DNA of 64,000 bases from a virus: the IMG/VR virus record IMGVR_UViG_3300046804_000544, positions 1 through 64,000 of that record; one strand, 5' to 3'. This document shows, piece after piece, positions 58,159 to 64,000 of this stretch. Positions within the stretch are counted from its first letter, which is position 1. Every line of letters starts with the position of its first letter. Made by a program: the position numbers and the translations under genes. Below the pieces are notes generated by a model. The model did no database searches. It saw only the letters and a program-made list of their open reading frames with translations, and had not been told where the DNA came from.

Positions 58159-59244
58159 TTAAATTCCAGCTAGACGTCTGATATCAACGATGTTATGGTC
58201 TGCTGGGCTACTTACGCTGTTGGTTTCTTTATTGCCTGTTACTTCTTTTGCCTCTACTAATGCCTGTTTCTTCTTTGGAGCTTCGCCAGCAATTACAGCT
58301 GGTAGGTACTTGTCAAAGCTAGAACGTAGCTTTGTTGTCTGTACACTTTCAAGCAATTCTGACATAATTTTCTTTTGACCGCCATTTAAAGGTGCTGTCA
58401 ATTCTGTCATAATTTCTTGACGTTCTTTGCTCTCCATAAGAGCTTTAACTTCTGCTTCTTTGCTTTCTGCGACTAGTCTTGCTTCTGCTACAGCGTTTTT
58501 AGCGGCTGCAAGTTCTAATTCTTTCACGTCTATGACTTTGAGCAATTTAGCTGTTTCTGATTTTTCGCTAAGATAGCTAGATTGATACTCTGTAGCAAAT
58601 GCTTCAAATAGTTTACGACCAAAGTCGTTACGGCGAGCACTTTCAATATCTTCTTTTAGTTGGCCAATTTCTTTGGTAAGAGTTTTTTCAACTGTAGATT
58701 CTACTAACTGTGCGGCACGCTTGATAAACTTTTCTTTCATTTGTGCTAGAGCTTCGCGACCTTCGCGTACTAGCTTAACCTTAGTTTGTGCAAGGTCTTG
58801 CTTGTCTGTATGGAACTCTGCGATTTCTTGAGCTAGAGCCTCAACTACGAACTTCTCAAGTGTTTTAAACTTAGAAGCCATTTGAACTTGATCTTCGTGT
58901 AATTCTTTTACTTCTGTTGCTAATTGACGAGTAATAAATTCATGCATTAGGCGAGCTGTACGCTTACCTTCTACAACTACTCGTGCCTTAGCTTCAGCTA
59001 GTTGATTACGATCTTCAATAAATTGAGCAATTTCCTCTTTTAATTGATCGCCTAACATGCGATCAATTGCTTCTACCATAACTTGTTTGTCATGCTCGTA
59101 GCGTTGAGCAAATTCTTCACGTAGTTGTTGAGTTACTTGGTTACGATTCTCGACGATGCGAGCTTCCCAAGCTGTCTCAATTGACTGCTTGATCTCTTCA
59201 GAAATCACGTTGTTTTCAAACAGAGTTTTTAATGCGTCCAACAT
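58159..59244 (-). CDS. gp22: Prohead scaffolding/core protein (T4 gp22-like)
   Basis: 361-aa Glu/Lys-rich coiled coil between protease and capsid genes; GRKLFEAFATEY. Confidence 0.82.
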   Translation of the reverse strand: MLDALKTLFENNVISEEIKQSIETAWEARIVENRNQVTQQLREEFAQRYEHDKQVMVEAIDRMLGDQLKEEIAQFIEDRNQLAEAKARVVVEGKRTARLMHEFITRQLATEVKELHEDQVQMASKFKTLEKFVVEALAQEIAEFHTDKQDLAQTKVKLVREGREALAQMKEKFIKRAAQLVESTVEKTLTKEIGQLKEDIESARRNDFGRKLFEAFATEYQSSYLSEKSETAKLLKVIDVKELELAAAKNAVAEARLVAESKEAEVKALMESKERQEIMTELTAPLNGGQKKIMSELLESVQTTKLRSSFDKYLPAVIAGEAPKKKQALVEAKEVTGNKETNSVSSPADHNIVDIRRLAGI

Positions 59245-59259
59245 GTGATTCTCCTTTTG

Positions 59260-59892
59260 TTATCGGAGCCTGCTTATTATACCTAATAAGCTCTCTTTGA
59301 GATATTTTTGTGCCTTGGGATCGCCCTTAACCTCTTGCGCTATACGCAATGCGCTATAACCACCACGATTGTTCATCAGGTGTTCATAAATCGGTGTAGG
59401 ATACGCTCCAGGAGCACTGGGTTGAGCTACCACATCTACAGTGATAATCTCAAAATCAGACACTTCACCGGTACCGTCATCTCTAACGTTACCGGATCCG
59501 CGCGAACTAACACCTAGCTTAACTCCGTTTTGCAACATTGTCTTAACTAGTTCCCCCATCGGTGTAGGGATAATTTTTAATTTACCAAAACCGTCTGCGC
59601 CATCCATCCACATTTCTGTGATCATATGGCTCACACGGTCAAGGTTGATTCTTAGGTCGTCTGGATGATCTACTTCGCCTAAAACTGAATAGCCACCTGC
59701 GATTTGATCGTTCAGGGTTTTGACAGCCCTGGCAATCTCTCTTGCAGGATAAACACGCTGATTCTGATTCCTTTTATCGCCTTGGATGAAAATTCCCTTC
59801 ATGTAAAGGTTTTTTCCACCCGTAGCTTCATCGGACTCAACGACCACTTTCGCTTGGTCGAAACTCAGGTTTTCGCGTAGATAGTTCATCAA
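59260..59892 (-). CDS. gp21: Prohead protease (T4 gp21-like)
   Basis: NQNQRVYP, GEVDHP (catalytic His), RVSHMI, GVSSRGSG (catalytic Ser), DVVAQPSAPGAY. Confidence 0.95.
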   Translation of the reverse strand: MMNYLRENLSFDQAKVVVESDEATGGKNLYMKGIFIQGDKRNQNQRVYPAREIARAVKTLNDQIAGGYSVLGEVDHPDDLRINLDRVSHMITEMWMDGADGFGKLKIIPTPMGELVKTMLQNGVKLGVSSRGSGNVRDDGTGEVSDFEIITVDVVAQPSAPGAYPTPIYEHLMNNRGGYSALRIAQEVKGDPKAQKYLKESLLGIISRLR

Positions 59893-59902
59893 TTAAACCT
59901 GC

Positions 59903-60802
59903 TTACTTAGCACGGCTTTTTACGCCGTTAATTGGGCTATCTGCACCTTTGTCATCCTGGGGTGCTGCGCCTTTCTTCTCGGCACCGTGTCCTGGCTCTT
60001 TCTTCTTGAATGCTGTCTTACCAGCATTGCCGCCTGGAACGTTTACATTACCAAAGTTTTCTTCTTTGGTTGTTGGGTTCAGCAAACCGCCTTTTGTACC
60101 GCCAGTTGTGCTTTCACCGCCTTTTACAATATTTGCGGTTGTACCGCCCATATCATTCTTACCAGCAACTACGCTTTTTGCGTTAGCGCCATTGTCGCCA
60201 CCTTTTGGAGCAGAAACTTTTTCTACATACTCACGCATGAAGTTATCCATGCTGGCTTCAAGTTCCATACCTGCGTCCATAGGCATTTCTCCGTCCTCAC
60301 TTTCGTCGTCGCCCATGTCCATATCCATGTCGTCGCCGTGGCCTTCACCTTCTTCACCGGCCATTAGTTGTTCAAATTCTGCTTTGAGTTCGTCTAGTGC
60401 ATCTTCTAGGTCAACTACGCGATCTTCTAGATCACCTTCGCCGCCCATGTCATCACCGCCTTCTTCATCGTCTCCAGCTTCGATGTCGTCGATCATGTCG
60501 TCTGATGGATCACCGCCAATTTCATCTTCGCCTTCGGCAAAACCAAAACTCTCGTCCATTTCATCTTCTTCGTCTTCCTCAGAAGCTTCATCGACTTGTT
60601 CTTCATCGTCTTCTTCTGCGGCTTCGTCCATTTCATCTTCTTCATCTTCTTCTTTGGCTTCATTGAAGTCATCAGCTAAGATGTTTTCGTAGATTTCACG
60701 GGATTTTTCAACTACTAGTTGATGGAAAAGCTCTTTGGCTTTGTCACTCTCGTCATTAATGAGATGTTCGAGCATCTGCTCGAATTTATTTCGATCAGTC
60801 AT
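59903..60802 (-). CDS. Highly acidic prohead core protein (gp67/gp68-like role)
   Basis: 299 aa from MTDRNKFEQML (AGGAG SD; the track start at 60835 is upstream of the SD); D/E-rich with repeated xDE(A/S) sites. Confidence 0.72.
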   Translation of the reverse strand: MTDRNKFEQMLEHLINDESDKAKELFHQLVVEKSREIYENILADDFNEAKEEDEEDEMDEAAEEDDEEQVDEASEEDEEDEMDESFGFAEGEDEIGGDPSDDMIDDIEAGDDEEGGDDMGGEGDLEDRVVDLEDALDELKAEFEQLMAGEEGEGHGDDMDMDMGDDESEDGEMPMDAGMELEASMDNFMREYVEKVSAPKGGDNGANAKSVVAGKNDMGGTTANIVKGGESTTGGTKGGLLNPTTKEENFGNVNVPGGNAGKTAFKKKEPGHGAEKKGAAPQDDKGADSPINGVKSRAK

Positions 60803-60838
60803 GTTTTTGTCTCCTATAGGTTGCAAGGCTGTCAAATA

Positions 60839-60845
60839 TATTTAC
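60839..60845 (-). promoter_or_regulatory. Late promoter motif (GTAAATA) for core-protease-scaffold-capsid unit
   Basis: Intergenic, upstream of the SD and ATG at 60802. Confidence 0.55.
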
Positions 60846-60881
60846 AATATTGTCAAAAAATAGTGCTTAAATGGTAGTTTT

Positions 60882-61472
60882 TTAGTCAGTTTTAGACCAG
60901 GTTTCTATAATTTTGCGGAAATTTTCATAACTCAAGTGTCTAAAGTTAAAATAATTCCAATTGGGGTCGTAAAAACTTTCTTCAACTACTCGGTAAAATT
61001 TTATATGAGGATTATCAATAATAACCTGCTCTGTTTGTTTTTCCCAATTTCCATGGTAAGTAGCTAGGTCCTGGCTTTGTCTATAGTTTTGTGTATCAGC
61101 ATACACATTGTTTAATAATCCGTTAATACCGGTAAAATCAAAACCTAAGATGTAAATTTCATTTGTAGGCGGTTTGTGTTTAGCAGCTAGATGTAAAGCA
61201 GTAGGTCCACTGCTCCAACCTAGTACAGGATTAAAATAGTTAAAACCTTTAAACTTTTTGTATCTATCATTATCATTAGTCCATACAGAATGTGTCAATT
61301 GATAACCATTGGCTTCAATTTCAAAGATCATTTTAGGATCTACAGCCACAAGATAATCCGGCTCAAACTCTCTGTAGAGAGCATTACAGCCGTAAATTTT
61401 TCCGTATCCTACTAGTTCTTTGGGGTTTATTGCGAGCCGGCTTTTACCGTTTCCTAGCACAAAACTACGCAT
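60882..61472 (-). CDS. DUF115/Maf/GT42-like Rossmann-fold transferase homologue
   Basis: FVLGNGKSR, IYGCNALY, LVAVD, SSGPTAL, EIYILGFDF resemble the Maf/CstII-type motif series. Confidence 0.55.
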   Translation of the reverse strand: MRSFVLGNGKSRLAINPKELVGYGKIYGCNALYREFEPDYLVAVDPKMIFEIEANGYQLTHSVWTNDNDRYKKFKGFNYFNPVLGWSSGPTALHLAAKHKPPTNEIYILGFDFTGINGLLNNVYADTQNYRQSQDLATYHGNWEKQTEQVIIDNPHIKFYRVVEESFYDPNWNYFNFRHLSYENFRKIIETWSKTD

Positions 61473-61493
61473 AGATTATCCTTTTAAGAATAA

Positions 61494-61733
61494 TTATGCA
61501 GCAGGTGCTGGTGGTGCCTTGTACATTTGAGTAACAAATTCTAAATCTTTTTCTTGTTCTAGAATATGTTGTTCACTAGCTTTACGCAGTTCATTTACTT
61601 GACGCAGAGTTAACCTAGTTTTACGTGTATCATCTCTTTTTAACTGTGTGAAATCACGGCTAGGCGAATAACGCATGTCGTTTGACATACTAGACAAATC
61701 TTTATCTGCGTAAAATAATTCTCGAAGTATCAT
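61494..61733 (-). CDS. Small hypothetical head-module protein
   Basis: 79 aa, immediately downstream of the portal gene with a perfect late promoter. Confidence 0.72.
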   Translation of the reverse strand: MILRELFYADKDLSSMSNDMRYSPSRDFTQLKRDDTRKTRLTLRQVNELRKASEQHILEQEKDLEFVTQMYKAPPAPAA

Positions 61734-61738
61734 GTTAA

Positions 61739-61746
61739 TATTTATA
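61739..61746 (-). promoter_or_regulatory. Late promoter, perfect TATAAATA
   Basis: Overlaps the portal stop codon; 5 nt before the ATG at 61733. Confidence 0.7.
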
Positions 61747-63472
61747 CTGCGGTCGGTGTTGTTGCTGGTGCAGCCTGCGCTCCAGGAGCAGCGCCAGGTA
61801 CAGGTGCTGCACCAGGTTGGCCAGCAACTTCTGGCGGTGCTTCTTCGTCAGCAAGGTCACCTAAATCACTTTCAATACCAGCTTGACTAATACCAGCGCC
61901 GCGCATTTCTCCACTACTGTCTGTAGGTATAGCTTCAGCTTTGCCGTTTTCTTCTGCCCATAAGCGTTCGTTTTCTGCAATTTCTTCATCACTCAAACCT
62001 AAGTAACGTTTAAGAGCAAAACGTTTTGATACATAAGGTTGCTGTACAATTTGAGCAAATGTATTAATACGTTGACCATCAACTTCACTTTGACGATAAG
62101 CAGCAAAGTTTAACGGAGGCTGTAACTGTACTTCAAATAAACTACTATCAATGTTGATACCTCTATCATAAAGATAAAGTTTAAATTCTTGATCAAAAGT
62201 TTCTTGTAATAGACTTTGTAGTCGTTCGCAATACTTGTTAAAACGCAATTCTTGAATATATGCTGTGCCAACTCGCCCGTCGTTATACTGCGCTTGACTG
62301 TCATCTGCACCAGTTGGCAGATAGCTACTTGGAATTCTCAAACCACGGAATAGTTTGTTAGTAAAGTACTTTAAATCGTCAATCTCACCAAGATTCGTTC
62401 CTCCTGGTAAAGTTTCAACTTTGGATCCACGTCCTTCAGCAGTTTGTGGGAAGAAGTAATCTTCGTTGATAGATAGCGGGTTGTATGCTGAATCAATAAC
62501 GTTAGTGCCACCGCCAGTAGCACTTGGTATTCTTCTTTGATGAATTTCATTTTTAACCCTTTCAACAAAGCTCATAGCTAGGTGACTTGGCATATTACCT
62601 ACGTCAACATAGAACACACGTCGTTCTGGAGCACGTTGTACACGATAGATAATAATAGCATCTTCTAACAATTCTTTCTGCTTATAAACTTTAAAAACTT
62701 GCTCTAATAAGCTGTTACCAAAAGGATAATTGTTGTCTAAACCTTCACTTAGACTTAGATGAATCATGTGTTTTGCTTCAATAGAAACTTCATTTTGATT
62801 ATTGCTAAAACGTGTTCCTGGACTGACTGGATATGCACTAGCTTGTCCTCTTGCTGCGGCACCTCCTGCAATATAAGCAGTGCCGCGATTGTTAGTGTTT
62901 ATAGTGTTAGGATTAATTGTTGTAACAACTAAATCTTGAAAGTTTGGATTCAAATCTCTAATTACATACTGTTCAGGAAGTTTGCCTTCACTTTCATTTA
63001 CAATAATTTTAGTAATCTTGCCTGGATCAATGTAAAACCATTTTTTAGTTTCAGGATCACGAATAAAAAATGCATCGCCATACTTAAAAGCGTTGCGTAC
63101 AATTCTAAAAATACGTGTACCAAACTTTTGCATTTTGCACCATTGTTGCAGGTACTCACGTAGAATAGCAATTTCACTGTTAGTGGCCTTACTTCTAAAT
63201 TTTAAATGGAATGGTGTGTTGTTTTCTTCGTTTGGTTGACTGCAAAATTCTGCTAGGATATCTAGTGCAGCATTAACTTCACTGTCGTTATCCATAGTAT
63301 CATACTGCAAATAACGTTCGATACGATTAGGTGCACCTGTATAAACATCGGGCAAATAGCTAGAGTAGTTGGCTCGGGCTGGCCCAGGTCGTGATGACCC
63401 GTTACCTACAGGACTATATGTCCCTGGTTGTGTACCTGTTGAAACAGGATTGAAATATTTTTTCCAGCTCAT
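61742..63472 (-). CDS. gp20: Portal protein (T4 gp20-like)
   Basis: LLEDAIIIYRVQRAPERRVFYVDVGNMP, EDYFFP, GRGSKVETLPGG, DDLKYF, ELRFNKYCERLQ. Confidence 0.97.
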   Translation of the reverse strand: MSWKKYFNPVSTGTQPGTYSPVGNGSSRPGPARANYSSYLPDVYTGAPNRIERYLQYDTMDNDSEVNAALDILAEFCSQPNEENNTPFHLKFRSKATNSEIAILREYLQQWCKMQKFGTRIFRIVRNAFKYGDAFFIRDPETKKWFYIDPGKITKIIVNESEGKLPEQYVIRDLNPNFQDLVVTTINPNTINTNNRGTAYIAGGAAARGQASAYPVSPGTRFSNNQNEVSIEAKHMIHLSLSEGLDNNYPFGNSLLEQVFKVYKQKELLEDAIIIYRVQRAPERRVFYVDVGNMPSHLAMSFVERVKNEIHQRRIPSATGGGTNVIDSAYNPLSINEDYFFPQTAEGRGSKVETLPGGTNLGEIDDLKYFTNKLFRGLRIPSSYLPTGADDSQAQYNDGRVGTAYIQELRFNKYCERLQSLLQETFDQEFKLYLYDRGINIDSSLFEVQLQPPLNFAAYRQSEVDGQRINTFAQIVQQPYVSKRFALKRYLGLSDEEIAENERLWAEENGKAEAIPTDSSGEMRGAGISQAGIESDLGDLADEEAPPEVAGQPGAAPVPGAAPGAQAAPATTPTAV

Positions 63473-64000
63473 TAACTTGCCTTATATAAATTTGAACTAT
63501 TGCTCTTAGTTGCACTAATTTGTTTATTGAATAAATCTTCAGTTTTGGTAATTAGCTGACCCATCTTAGTATTTAATTGATTTAAACTGGTTACTACGTC
63601 AGATAAGGTAGCTTCTTTAGCGCCGGCGGCGCTTGGCTTGCTATCAGACTTCTTATCGTCTCCTGTCTTTTTAGCAGCATCTCCTTTTTTTGCAGCAGCT
63701 TCATCAACTGGTGTATATTCTTCCCCAGTCTCTGGATTGATTTTTTTACCAGGGCTTGGTGTTTTTTCAGGAATAGTAGCAGCAGCAGCCTTAGTTTGTT
63801 TCATTATAGGCATGCCATTTGGTCCAAGAGAGAAACTATCTAAATTTAGTTTTCCTTCATTGAACACTGGACTAGTACCTGCTGCAAGATCTGCCATTGC
63901 TTGTGCTTTTTTACTCAATTTTCCTGCAGGCTCAGCTGATGCACGTTTCATTGCACCTTCTAAATCACCAAACTCAGTGTCAACATATTGTTGTTCAGGA
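63472..64000 (-). CDS. C-terminal part of a large protein (possibly tape-measure/hub-type), partial
   Basis: The frame stays open past the track's ATG at 63951 to the window edge (...PEQQYVDTEFGDLEGAM...); stop/start coupled to the portal gene. Confidence 0.65.
   Translation of the reverse strand, partial: PEQQYVDTEFGDLEGAMKRASAEPAGKLSKKAQAMADLAAGTSPVFNEGKLNLDSFSLGPNGMPIMKQTKAAAATIPEKTPSPGKKINPETGEEYTPVDEAAAKKGDAAKKTGDDKKSDSKPSAAGAKEATLSDVVTSLNQLNTKMGQLITKTEDLFNKQISATKSNSSNLYKAS

Noticed and set aside
59949-60692. 247-aa Ser/Pro-rich plus-strand ORF (and nested 59987 and 60397 ORFs)
   Set aside because: Antisense shadow of the GAA/GAT/GAC-rich acidic core gene; no SD or promoter.
1-64000. 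Stop-codon reassignment, as seen in some large phages
   Set aside because: All core and giant genes are intact in code 11, and both TGA (e.g. terL) and TAG (Nudix, C-N hydrolase) end genes at sensible positions.
1-64000. tRNA, rRNA or mobile elements
   Set aside because: Intergenic gaps are nearly all under 110 nt and accounted for by promoters and terminators; no cloverleaf, transposase or integrase seen by eye (tRNAscan-SE would confirm).

Overview
This is the virion-morphogenesis region of a large, AT-rich T4-like myophage, almost all on the minus strand, using the standard genetic code. I found no tRNA, rRNA, CRISPR array, integrase or transposase. Core genes are present in a rearranged, non-T4 order: portal, scaffold/core proteins, prohead protease and major capsid protein (57-64 kb); neck gp13/gp14 and gp15 tail terminator (12-16 kb); and sheath, tube, a tube paralogue, gp4-like nuclease and terminase (1-11 kb). 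About 40 kb between them encodes adsorption/fibre proteins, largely as tandem paralogue pairs: two ~2000-aa fibres with 127-131-aa repeats, two ~1700-aa CBM5/12 + beta-helix + propeller proteins, and two ~13%-Cys Gly-rich adhesin-like proteins sharing a perfect 62-nt block. The scaffolds carry swapped plug-in domains, including a LamG lectin, a CBM-like domain and a dockerin-like Ca-binding insert. A sigma70-driven enzyme cassette (GT9-like glycosyltransferase, NodU/CmcH carbamoyltransferase, C-N hydrolase) facing a GmhB-like protein with degenerate catalytic residues is embedded in this block. T4-type late promoter motifs (NTAAATA) precede most units; seven lie only 4-7 nt from an SD-less ATG, suggesting leaderless late mRNAs. 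Product names come from my motif recognition only; no database search was run.
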